Positions 9,098-17,981 of a stretch of DNA of 64,000 nucleotides are shown one piece after another (position 1 is the first letter of the stretch; every line of letters begins with the position of its first letter). Source of the stretch: Candidatus Poribacteria bacterium (GTDB lineage Bacteria > Poribacteria > WGA-4E > WGA-3G); NCBI GenBank assembly GCA_965205025.1, contig CBDBFU010000015.1, forward strand, positions 288,001-352,000. The letters are read 5' to 3'. The position numbers and the translations under genes are program-made. Below the pieces are notes generated by a model. It searched no databases. It saw only the letters and a list, made by a program, of their open reading frames with translations, and had not been told where the DNA came from.

Positions 9098-9790
9098 TTA
9101 TCTGTAGTACTTTTTCATCTGTGCCCAACTGACGGCTAACTTACCCTTGGCTTCAACAGCAAGCACTCTATCCCAAGGTATGTTATCCCCAGCAGCATTC
9201 GCTTGATGAACATCATCAAAGTTTGGATGTCCCCAACCACCACTGTTTTGATCAACAACAACAAGTTTAGCAGTTTTTCCCTTCAATTCGGCAACATCCC
9301 ATTCCTTACGACTCATAGTTTCATTGGCATTCCCAGTGGATGTTCGTTCAACATTTCCATTAATCACAAGGTTAACACAGCAAGGTGCTGCAGTACCCCA
9401 TGCATGGTTTCCTCCACCAATTAGGAAATTCATTGACGCGCCTATAATCTTGAATTCAATTGAGGTAAGTGTACCTTGAGGAGCATCATGTTGAACATCT
9501 CCAGCTTTCTGTCCAAGTGCTTTTCCCTTATTAGGTCCTTGATATTTTTCGAATAAACCGAGCCACCAATCGCCTTGATGTTTAGAAGGCTGACCACGGT
9601 TGCGTGCTGTTGGATTATCTCCCCATGTAGGTTGAAAATCAAATGCTGTTCCTGCTTTTTCCCAATCTGTGAGATCGCCTGTCTCGAAATCGTTGTTAAA
9701 AGCACGGGCAAAAACAAGATCAATAGACATAACAAACATAATTACGAGAATACAGGAAATTAGTAGTGGTAAATAGTTAGCATGTTTCAT
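9098..9790 (-). CDS. Secreted beta-sandwich protein with C-terminal KLAVSWAQMK tag
   Basis: Signal peptide; near-identical architecture to 8275..8988; AAGGAG RBS. Confidence 0.75.
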   Translation of the reverse strand: MKHANYLPLLISCILVIMFVMSIDLVFARAFNNDFETGDLTDWEKAGTAFDFQPTWGDNPTARNRGQPSKHQGDWWLGLFEKYQGPNKGKALGQKAGDVQHDAPQGTLTSIEFKIIGASMNFLIGGGNHAWGTAAPCCVNLVINGNVERTSTGNANETMSRKEWDVAELKGKTAKLVVVDQNSGGWGHPNFDDVHQANAAGDNIPWDRVLAVEAKGKLAVSWAQMKKYYR

Positions 9791-10088
9791 GTTTATCTCC
9801 TTATGTTTAGTGGTTGTGTTTAGTTAGACCATATCTGATTAGACAATGATTAATGTATTAGTTTAAGGGTAATCGTTTCACATGTTTAAACACGAATAGG
9901 TAGGTAATGGAGTTGAATCCATTTCATAGTTTATAGACTATCTTACATATATTTTACCAGATTTCAGTAGTCGTAGCAATATAAACTGGCAACATTAGCG
10001 TCAATTTTAGGAAATGAGGCTCTTGGTTTTGGTAAATCGAGTCCCATAGGGACTCAATTATCGGGATATACACTATGGTCATTTGATA

Positions 10089-12830
10089 CTATTTCATAAT
10101 TAGCATTTTGCGTGTAGCAGTGAATTCATCTGCATTCAACGTATAGAAATACACACCACTCGCGACGGGTTCACCCATAGCATTGCGTCCATCCCAAAAT
10201 GCAGCACGGTTTCTGTTCGTGTAGATGCCGACAGGTTGATGCCCTAATGCCAATTTTCGCACCAGAAGTCCATCCGCAGCATAAATGGATATACTCACAT
10301 CTGAGGGGGTTGCCAACTGATAAGGTATCCAGGTCTCAGGGTTGAACGGATTCGGATAGTTCGCCAGCAGTGCGTTTTTGTCGGGTAAGGTAACAGTGAC
10401 GGTGGGTGCTGCTTGTGTTTCGATAACTTCAAAGCGCGTGATTTCGGTAAAATCATGGTAAATGGTATTCCCTGCTTTGTCAGTAACCGATATACCGATA
10501 ACCCCCCAAATACCGGGAACACTACCTTCCGGTAAGTAGATATACCCAGTATATTTACGATAAACCTTTGGGTCATCTTGAAAATAGATTCCTCCCCATC
10601 CCGCTCCATAATAATAGGGTCCCAAAATAGTATGGTCTCGTTCACCCCCCAACGGATCTCTGATAACGATAGACCCTTTTTCAAACCCACTTATATCGTC
10701 TTTCACATAATATTCTACAGTGACGGATGTCTCACCATTGGGATTTTTCGGATTTGCAGGTTCGGCATCAACAGTGATCCTGTTAACATCGAGTGTAGGC
10801 GGTTTAGTATCTGGGTTCTTCGTTTCTATTGTTACTTTTTGTATCTGGTCATCAATGTTAGGTAACCAAGCATTCTCCCGATTTATATCATCCGAAAAGT
10901 AGAGTCTTTTTAATTCATACACCCCTCCGGGCATATAATGCGGAATGAAAAAAGTTGATTTCAATGTCCAAATATCTTCCTCTCGACTGACGATAGAAGC
11001 ATACACCAGTTTGCCAATACGATAATTATATGTCTGGCCGTATGGAGGTAGGTAGCCATATTCGCCAGTGTTCTGTTCTTCTGGTTGTATATAGGTGTAT
11101 CCGCTGAGTGTCCTATCCTCTTTTACTTGCCATGTTGCGGTTACGGCGTAGAAATGCTCGTTTTTATCGGTATATGCGTCTGCTACTGACAACTTTGCGG
11201 AATTCGGCACATATTCCGGTGGGTATAAATCTTCGTATACGTTATTGATATAGATTTGTAAGCCGAATGCACCCGAGTTATATCTTGTGAGTCGATTCAC
11301 ATCGTATGTATACACCTGTGTTAGTGTGTAATTCCCTTTAGCGTAATACGGAGGCACCCTTGTGTTTCCACGCAATATATTGCTCTGCCTTTGACGAAAA
11401 GAAGTTCTACCCTCTGCATCGACAGGACGTAAATTAACATAGAAGTTATTGAGATGATTTCGATAGTCATCTATCAATCTGAAGAACACACGTCCCCCTG
11501 TTGAGTAATCCAATTCGTTTTCTGTATGTGTTTCTATTTCAATTTTAACCCACCAAACCGATTCTGGTTCACCTTCCACTGTTGCATCCACCCGTATGAC
11601 TTGACCGGGGTACACATAATCAGGATATAGATTATAGACAACAAAGGTGAGATCTTCGCGTATTTGCGACATATAACGTGTGCCGTGCATAATCCTGTTC
11701 TGTATGAATTCATACTTAGCAGGTGATCTTGACCTGAGTTTATCCGGGGTGACAATATAGTAAGCGATACTTTCTGCCATATCTTCATTTGGATTGACGC
11801 CATGTGCGTAGTCGGATACAAACTCGGTCTGATTGGTTGTCAACCACCTTCCATCTTCATAATACCACCCACCCAGTTCTATCCAGTCTGCTTTGAGATG
11901 CTCATCAAATAGATAGGTCCACAAGAAATGTGCTTTTTCATGGAGAATAATCCGTTGTGTGTCGTGTGTGATACCATCTATAAAAGCAGCATCTGTAAAC
12001 TCTATATAGCCTGCCCCCGTATTTGCGAGTGCTGCGTATTCAACATACGGATCTGGTGCCCGTCTGATAAGATATTTCAATCCCGGTGTTACATGCATGC
12101 CTGATGGATATTCTTCAAACATTATCATGATACCCATTATTTCTTCATAGTTAAATTTGTCAAACTTATGGTCAGGTTCATCTGTTAAAGCTTCATAGTC
12201 GGAGACATGCACTGTAACGCCATATTTATATTGGAGCATGTTGTCTATTGCCTGGTGTTGGATTCCCATTCCCGGTATGTATGTAGCAAATCTGAGAACG
12301 GCTCGCCAAAGTCGCTTGGAAAAATATCGTCCTCGAATACCATCTATTTTTGCGACAAACGGATGTGCATTCGTGAAAGCCTCTGATGCAATTGTTATCG
12401 TCCGAAGACTACTGTCTCCCACATCAGGTCCCAGGTCGATATCCTGTGCCACATGAGCATCACTCAATATCCAATAACTTGGGTTAGATCCCCAAGTTCT
12501 ACCATACCCTTCCGTCATATCTTCTAATGTCTGTAGAAGCAGATATGCTTTATCCGTATCCCATTCTGGCGATAAATACACTCTATACTGATCTGCTAAT
12601 CTCATACTTGCACTATCTGATATAAACGTTTTGATGCCGGTATCTTCGATTTCCACCTCTATCGGTTGGGGAACAAAGACTGTTTCTTGTCCTGAAGGAA
12701 CTTCATCAATTGACCAGTGATATGTAGTCGTTTCCCATTCTGCAATTGCCAGTCCAGAAAATAGGCTAATTATCAAAAGAGTGATCGTAGAATAGATTAA
12801 CAATTGCTGTCTTACCAGAGTCTCACGCAT
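10089..12830 (-). CDS. Secreted putative zinc metallopeptidase with C-terminal FlgD-Ig/T9SS-CTD-like domain
   Basis: Signal peptide; ILHEKAH plus downstream FVSDYA..NPNEDMAES; C-terminal LLANYPNPFNPETWIPYQL...ASGVYFYTL...TRKMLIMK. Confidence 0.8.
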   Translation of the reverse strand: MRETLVRQQLLIYSTITLLIISLFSGLAIAEWETTTYHWSIDEVPSGQETVFVPQPIEVEIEDTGIKTFISDSASMRLADQYRVYLSPEWDTDKAYLLLQTLEDMTEGYGRTWGSNPSYWILSDAHVAQDIDLGPDVGDSSLRTITIASEAFTNAHPFVAKIDGIRGRYFSKRLWRAVLRFATYIPGMGIQHQAIDNMLQYKYGVTVHVSDYEALTDEPDHKFDKFNYEEIMGIMIMFEEYPSGMHVTPGLKYLIRRAPDPYVEYAALANTGAGYIEFTDAAFIDGITHDTQRIILHEKAHFLWTYLFDEHLKADWIELGGWYYEDGRWLTTNQTEFVSDYAHGVNPNEDMAESIAYYIVTPDKLRSRSPAKYEFIQNRIMHGTRYMSQIREDLTFVVYNLYPDYVYPGQVIRVDATVEGEPESVWWVKIEIETHTENELDYSTGGRVFFRLIDDYRNHLNNFYVNLRPVDAEGRTSFRQRQSNILRGNTRVPPYYAKGNYTLTQVYTYDVNRLTRYNSGAFGLQIYINNVYEDLYPPEYVPNSAKLSVADAYTDKNEHFYAVTATWQVKEDRTLSGYTYIQPEEQNTGEYGYLPPYGQTYNYRIGKLVYASIVSREEDIWTLKSTFFIPHYMPGGVYELKRLYFSDDINRENAWLPNIDDQIQKVTIETKNPDTKPPTLDVNRITVDAEPANPKNPNGETSVTVEYYVKDDISGFEKGSIVIRDPLGGERDHTILGPYYYGAGWGGIYFQDDPKVYRKYTGYIYLPEGSVPGIWGVIGISVTDKAGNTIYHDFTEITRFEVIETQAAPTVTVTLPDKNALLANYPNPFNPETWIPYQLATPSDVSISIYAADGLLVRKLALGHQPVGIYTNRNRAAFWDGRNAMGEPVASGVYFYTLNADEFTATRKMLIMK

Positions 12831-12888
12831 TGCACTGTTCCTCCGTAATTATCAAGTTGGTTTTATGTGTTGCCATCAAAGTCATATA

Positions 12889-13003
12889 ATACCATTTCTA
12901 TAAATGTCTATTCCATGAAGAGTTGTTAAAGCAGGTCTTTAAATACCGCACAAACTAAAAGTTTATGCTACATTAAAAAGACTATAATTATCAGAAATGG
13001 CAT
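12889..13003. mobile_element. Putative 115-bp MITE-like element
   Basis: Terminal inverted repeats ATACCATTTCT / AGAAATGGCAT (10/11 match). Internal REP-like hairpin CACAAACTAAAAGTTTATGCTAC. Confidence 0.5.
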
Positions 13004-13097
13004 TACTTATAGTCTGTATCAATGACCCCATGAGTTATACTAATAGTATGAGTTACCCTATCAGATAGATGTATTTGCATCACCGCCGATCTATTCT

Positions 13098-13330
13098 TTG
13101 CTCCAGCGGAGCAATATGTCTATAGAAAAAACACCACACCTTTAATGCACTCCAGCGGAGTGCTATGTCTATAAGAGTAAAATTCTGGTTCCTTAGTCTG
13201 CAGTCCCCGTTCCTTTGTCTAATAGCCTGTTCTTACGCATCTAAGAGATTTGAGATACATTGCACTCCGCTGGAGTGCATGCTCTGTGTGTATCGGTTTT
13301 CTATAGACATATCACACCGCTGGTGTGAAG
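13098..13330. repeat. Cluster of CTCCAGCGGAG palindromic repeats (BIME-like)
   Basis: Two forward copies (GCTCCAGCGGAGCAATATGTCTATAG; GCACTCCAGCGGAGTGCTATGTCTATA) and two inverted copies (GCACTCCGCTGGAGTGC; CTATAGACATATCACACCGCTGGTGTG). Confidence 0.75.
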
Positions 13331-13456
13331 AACTCTCAGCCGGTAGCGTCTCATTTCTTAAAGAAAATGCCAGTGAATTCAACTTAACCCACTCATTAAC
13401 AATCACTGGGAAGCTAATAAACATCAACATTCCAGCTATCCTATGGTCATTTGATA

Positions 13457-16354
13457 CTATTTCATAATTAACATTTTGCGTGTCGCTGTGAATTCACCTG
13501 CATTCAGCGTATAGAAATACACACCACTCGCGACAGATTCACCCAACACATTTTTTCCATCCCAATATGCAGCACGGTTTCTGTTCGTGTAGATGCCGTC
13601 AGGTTGATGGCCTAACGCCAATTTTCGCACCAAAAGTCCATCCGCAGCATAAATCTTCAGCGTTACATCTGTGGACTTTGCCAGTTGATAAGGTATCCAC
13701 GTCTCAGGATTGAACGGGTTTGGATAGTTTGCCAAGAGTGCCGTTGTTTTCGGCACCGTTTCTGTCTCTCTCAGTATCGTTAGGAGATTTTGCAGCACAG
13801 CAATTCCTTCTTGAAAACCCGCATCTGTCAGGTTAATTTGCTTGGCGTGGTCAATCCATCCTTGGAGACTCTCAGTTATGGATACAGCAGCAGGTGCTGC
13901 GGCGGATTCCTCAAGTGTGTCTAAAACTACGTTAATGTCTTCACGGTTTACTTCACCGTCGCCGTTGACATCCCCCTGTGCAGGGGTTGCATCGGTTCTT
14001 CCATAGTTCTCTGCAACTAATACTAAATCTATCACATCCACGACACCATCCCCATTGACATCCTTTGCAGGTGCAAACGCTGCGTAAATGGTATAGTCGC
14101 CAGTCATTTGTGCATAACTTTGGACTTTGATGTAATATGTCCCCGGGTACATATACCTTTCTATTCTGAAATTTAATTCTTCATTCACAGTTTCATCGGC
14201 ATTCGTTGCTAATGTGATGCCTTCACTATCTTGCAATGTGCCTATCGTATCCAGGGTCCCTGTCGTCCAAAGTGTGAGTTGACCAAACTCCTCTATTTGC
14301 ACATTGAAGTAATCCACATCATTGCCGGGGTCTATCTTTGCTGTGATTGAGTCCCCCAGAAGCAGCGAGGTTGCTTCAATTTCTGCGATGTCCCACAACA
14401 ACACCGTGCCGTCATCACTCCCACTTGCGAGGATGCGTCCATCCGGACTGAAATCAACACTATTGACAGCAGCGGTATGTCCTTCAAGTCTACCTATTTC
14501 TACCCGTGTATCCCACAAACGCACGGTGTTGTCAGAACTCCCACTTGCAAGGATGTGTCCATCCGGACTGAACGATACACTATTGACTTTTTCGGTATGC
14601 CCTTCAAGTGTACTTATTTCTGTCCGTGTACCCACATCCCATAAACGCACGGTGCGGTCATTACTTCCACTGACGATTGTTTTACCATCCGGACTGAACG
14701 AAACACTATTGACCCAACCGGTATGTCCCCGGAGTATAGCGATTTCAGTCCATGTATCCACATCCCACAGACGTACAGTGGCGTCAATACTCCCTGCACT
14801 TGCGAGGATGCGGCCATCTGGACTGAAGACAACACTGTTGACAGCCCCGATATGTTCCCAATGTCTGCCTATTTCTGTCTGCGTAGCAACATCCCACAGA
14901 CTCACAAGAACATTGTAGAAATAACTCCCACTGGCACTTGCGAGGGTGCGTCCGTCCGGACTGAAGACAACACTATTGACAGCCCCAATATCAAGTGTGC
15001 CTGTTTTCGTTTGCGTAGCAACATCCCATAGACGAGTGCCGCCATGCTTCCCCGCACTGGCGATTGTTTTGCTATCCGAACTGAATGATACACTATAAGA
15101 ATTATATATACCAAGTGTGCCTATTTTTGTCTGTGTATCCACATCCCACAAAAAGATGCCGTCCTGCCGCCCACCACTTGCGAGTGTTTTGCCATCTGGA
15201 CTGAACGATACACTATTGATACCACCCCCATACCTGTCACCCGTATGATCCTCAAGCATGGTGCGGAACCAGGAAAATCCCTTTTTTTCTACTTGCGGAG
15301 CAATAACCCATAGGACTTCCCAGGTATGTTCAGGTCCTCCGATGGATCCAGGGAGGGTATATCCAACTATTTTTGTCTGCGTAGCAACATCCAAAAAACG
15401 CGCACTGCCCACCCCAGTCCTATATGCGATTGTCTGACCATCGGGACTAAACGATACACCCGTGACAATGCCATTAGTCACCTCAAATGTAGTTATTTCT
15501 GTTTGCGTAGCAACATCCCACAAACGCACATCGCCGTCATTACTTCCAGTTGCGAGGGTTTTGCCATCCGGACTGAAAACAAGACTATTGACCCGACCGG
15601 TATGCCCTTCAAGGGTGCCTATTTCTGTCCATGTATCCACATTCCATAAACGCGCGTTATAGTCATTACTTCCACTTGCGAGGGTTTTGCCATCCGGACT
15701 GAAAGATACACCACTGACGTAACCGGTATGCCCTACAAGTGTGCCTATTTCTGTCCGCATAGCAACATCCCATAGGCGCACAATGTCGTCTTTACCTCCA
15801 ATTGCGATTGTCTGACCATCCGGACTGAACGATACGCTATTGCTATCTCCCCACTGTCCCTCAAGTGTGTATATTTGTGTCTGTGTAGCAACATCCCATA
15901 GACGTAGGGTGTTGTCATCACCCCGACTTACGATAGTTTTTCCATCGGGACTGAATGATAAACTTTTAACAGTATCGGTATGTCCTTCAAAGGTGCCTAT
16001 CTCCGACCATGTATTCATATTCCACAGACGGACAGTGCCGTCAATACTCCCACTTGCGAAGGTGCTGTCATCTGGACTGAAAATAACAGTATTGATATTC
16101 TCCGTATGTTCCGTGAGTAGGGTAAGTTCTTCGCCTGTCTGTATATCATAAATCCATATACCGATTTTACTCGCCACAGCAAGCAACGTTCCATCTTGTG
16201 TGCACGTTATATCATTTATCCCGCCTTTGCCAAGTCGTGCTTTTGCCCCTTCGGGTAAACTCCATTGCGTATAATCTTGTGCAAAGGTGCTGGGTAGAAA
16301 AAAGGCTAAACCAAAAAATAGTGTCAAAATAATCGTAAACAGTTTTCTTTTCAT
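13457..16354 (-). CDS. Secreted WD40-repeat protein with PPC-like, dockerin/EF-hand and FlgD-Ig/T9SS-CTD-like domains
   Basis: Many GHT..VNSVSFSPDG..LASGS.D.TVRLWD repeats; DVDYF...GTYYIKV; DVNGDGVVDVIDLVLVA and DVNGDGEVN; YPNPFNPETWIPY tail. Confidence 0.9.
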   Translation of the reverse strand: MKRKLFTIILTLFFGLAFFLPSTFAQDYTQWSLPEGAKARLGKGGINDITCTQDGTLLAVASKIGIWIYDIQTGEELTLLTEHTENINTVIFSPDDSTFASGSIDGTVRLWNMNTWSEIGTFEGHTDTVKSLSFSPDGKTIVSRGDDNTLRLWDVATQTQIYTLEGQWGDSNSVSFSPDGQTIAIGGKDDIVRLWDVAMRTEIGTLVGHTGYVSGVSFSPDGKTLASGSNDYNARLWNVDTWTEIGTLEGHTGRVNSLVFSPDGKTLATGSNDGDVRLWDVATQTEITTFEVTNGIVTGVSFSPDGQTIAYRTGVGSARFLDVATQTKIVGYTLPGSIGGPEHTWEVLWVIAPQVEKKGFSWFRTMLEDHTGDRYGGGINSVSFSPDGKTLASGGRQDGIFLWDVDTQTKIGTLGIYNSYSVSFSSDSKTIASAGKHGGTRLWDVATQTKTGTLDIGAVNSVVFSPDGRTLASASGSYFYNVLVSLWDVATQTEIGRHWEHIGAVNSVVFSPDGRILASAGSIDATVRLWDVDTWTEIAILRGHTGWVNSVSFSPDGKTIVSGSNDRTVRLWDVGTRTEISTLEGHTEKVNSVSFSPDGHILASGSSDNTVRLWDTRVEIGRLEGHTAAVNSVDFSPDGRILASGSDDGTVLLWDIAEIEATSLLLGDSITAKIDPGNDVDYFNVQIEEFGQLTLWTTGTLDTIGTLQDSEGITLATNADETVNEELNFRIERYMYPGTYYIKVQSYAQMTGDYTIYAAFAPAKDVNGDGVVDVIDLVLVAENYGRTDATPAQGDVNGDGEVNREDINVVLDTLEESAAAPAAVSITESLQGWIDHAKQINLTDAGFQEGIAVLQNLLTILRETETVPKTTALLANYPNPFNPETWIPYQLAKSTDVTLKIYAADGLLVRKLALGHQPDGIYTNRNRAAYWDGKNVLGESVASGVYFYTLNAGEFTATRKMLIMK

Positions 16355-16485
16355 TATGAAAACTCTCTCCTTAGTATTAGCCGTGTCATAATGCTCATAG
16401 TGTTACCCAGTTGCGTTTACATATTCTTTTATGGATGTGAAAACATAGAAAAAAGGCAGGATCACTATGAATATCCGCCAAAATA

Positions 16486-16601
16486 ATACCAATTCTATTT
16501 AAATAGTTCACATTACGAATACTCTTAGAAGTCCCCCTGACAAGGGGGATTTAGGGGGTTTCTCCAATTAATAATGGGCAATCATTATTTAGAAATGGTA
16601 T
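16486..16601. mobile_element. Putative 116-bp MITE-like element
   Basis: Terminal inverted repeats ATACCAATTCTA / TAGAAATGGTAT (11/12 match). Internal TCCCCCTGACAAGGGGGATTTAGGGGG hairpin. Confidence 0.55.
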
Positions 16602-16758
16602 AAGATAAAACCGTATTTCTGTTGATGTCGTAGAATGCCGCTTGCTAAATCGGGGATAGGCACCCTACACATAGTTGACCAAAGTATTAGCATACGGATA
16701 CTTGCAATGGTTAGTTACGTGCTATCCAATTATAATCATAGGGATTGTGTTGGGAAGT

Positions 16759-16787
16759 ATTGTAAGGTATCGCACTGAAAGTGTCAA
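16759..16787 (-). promoter_or_regulatory. Sigma70-type promoter facing the WD40 gene
   Basis: Minus strand TTGACA-17 nt-TACAAT. Confidence 0.5.
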
Positions 16788-16856
16788 CACGATTTCTTTA
16801 GGGGCATACAAACGGAAGGAAATGTTGATGACTGTACTTTGGGGAAGGCTAACGCT

Positions 16857-17693
16857 TTAATGCACCATTGACCCGCCAGCTACAGGTATAGACAAACCTG
16901 TTAAAAAGTTTGATTGTTCTGATGCTAAAAAGGCTACTGTATTAGCAACGTCTGTTCTGGTTGCGAGTCTGCCGAGTGGAACTATGCCGGATCTGTTTTG
17001 TATAAGTTCCTCATACTTATCTTTAAATTGCTCGTTATTTTCCGTGAGAGAATTCACAAGTTGGGTCACGCGCTCTGTATCCACTAAGCTTGGGCAAACT
17101 GCGTTTACGTTTATCTGATGTGGCGCGAGTTCAAGTGCGAGTGCTTGCGTAAATCCAATAATAGCAAACTTTGAGGCACTATACGCGGCGTATCTCGGCA
17201 TAGCCTCTTTTCCCACTACAGACGATATATTTATTATTTTACCGTGTATTTTTTTCTCTATAAAATGACGGGCTACCGCTTGGGAGCAAAGGAATGTTCC
17301 TTTTGCATTTACTTTGAGAACTCTATCCCATTCTTTATCGTCCAAATCGACAGTGAGAACACGGTCTTTGTCCGGTTTAGACCCTGCATTGTTAACGAGT
17401 ATATCTATCTGCCTAAACTCACGGACTACATTTTTTACCATGTCAGAGACTTTATCTGGATTCGTAATATTTACGACAACCCCATAGGAGCGTCTACCAA
17501 TGGATTTTATTTCTCTAACGACATCCTGTAAGCCAACCCATTCAGATTCTTCCGAACTATACGGTTTTTCTACAACGTCATTAACGACGACATCCGCGCC
17601 GTCCTTTGCTAACCTGACTGCAATAGCCCGTCCTAAGCCATACTCGCCGGCGGCACCTGTTACAAGAGCAATCTTCCCATTTAAATTCCCCAT
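16857..17693 (-). CDS. SDR family oxidoreductase
   Basis: ALVTGAAGEYGLGRAIA, NNAG, YSASK, VNAVCP. Confidence 0.92.
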   Translation of the reverse strand: MGNLNGKIALVTGAAGEYGLGRAIAVRLAKDGADVVVNDVVEKPYSSEESEWVGLQDVVREIKSIGRRSYGVVVNITNPDKVSDMVKNVVREFRQIDILVNNAGSKPDKDRVLTVDLDDKEWDRVLKVNAKGTFLCSQAVARHFIEKKIHGKIINISSVVGKEAMPRYAAYSASKFAIIGFTQALALELAPHQINVNAVCPSLVDTERVTQLVNSLTENNEQFKDKYEELIQNRSGIVPLGRLATRTDVANTVAFLASEQSNFLTGLSIPVAGGSMVH

Positions 17694-17870
17694 ATTACCT
17701 CTCCAGTAGTTTTCACACGCTGCAATTGTGAATCTCCTTGTTAGTATTTAGTAAGTTTAATATTTATCAGTCAATGTCACAAGACTTTGGACAATTTTAT
17801 GCAATACACATTTCGCCCCGCAAATCAAGGAATCAACGGTATGAATGACATATGAAGATTAATTTTTAAA

Positions 17871-17944
17871 TTCGGTAATTTTGTAAAATTCAGTGCGGTT
17901 AGGAAACCGCACCTACCGAGTTTGGGAAATTAGAATTACCGAAA
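17871..17944. repeat. REP-like palindrome inside a TTCGGTAATT/AATTACCGAA inverted repeat
   Basis: Minus strand GTAGGTGCGGTTTCCTAACCGCAC, same family as the core of the 647/714 units. Confidence 0.65.
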
Positions 17945-17981
17945 TACTTCTTTATTCTTCATTTGAGTATAAAATACCTCA

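Noticed and set aside
10089-10400. Proof of a type IX secretion system
   Set aside because: The tail resembles T9SS-CTD/FlgD-Ig domains, but no T9SS machinery genes are in the window.
13165-13467. ORFs 13165..13467 and 13233..13430 as genes
   Set aside because: They translate the palindromic repeat cluster and lack an RBS or recognisable motifs.
14390-16100. Nucleotide repeats as a CRISPR or non-coding array
   Set aside because: They are in-frame WD40 coding repeats; the plus-strand ORFs here are antisense shadows.
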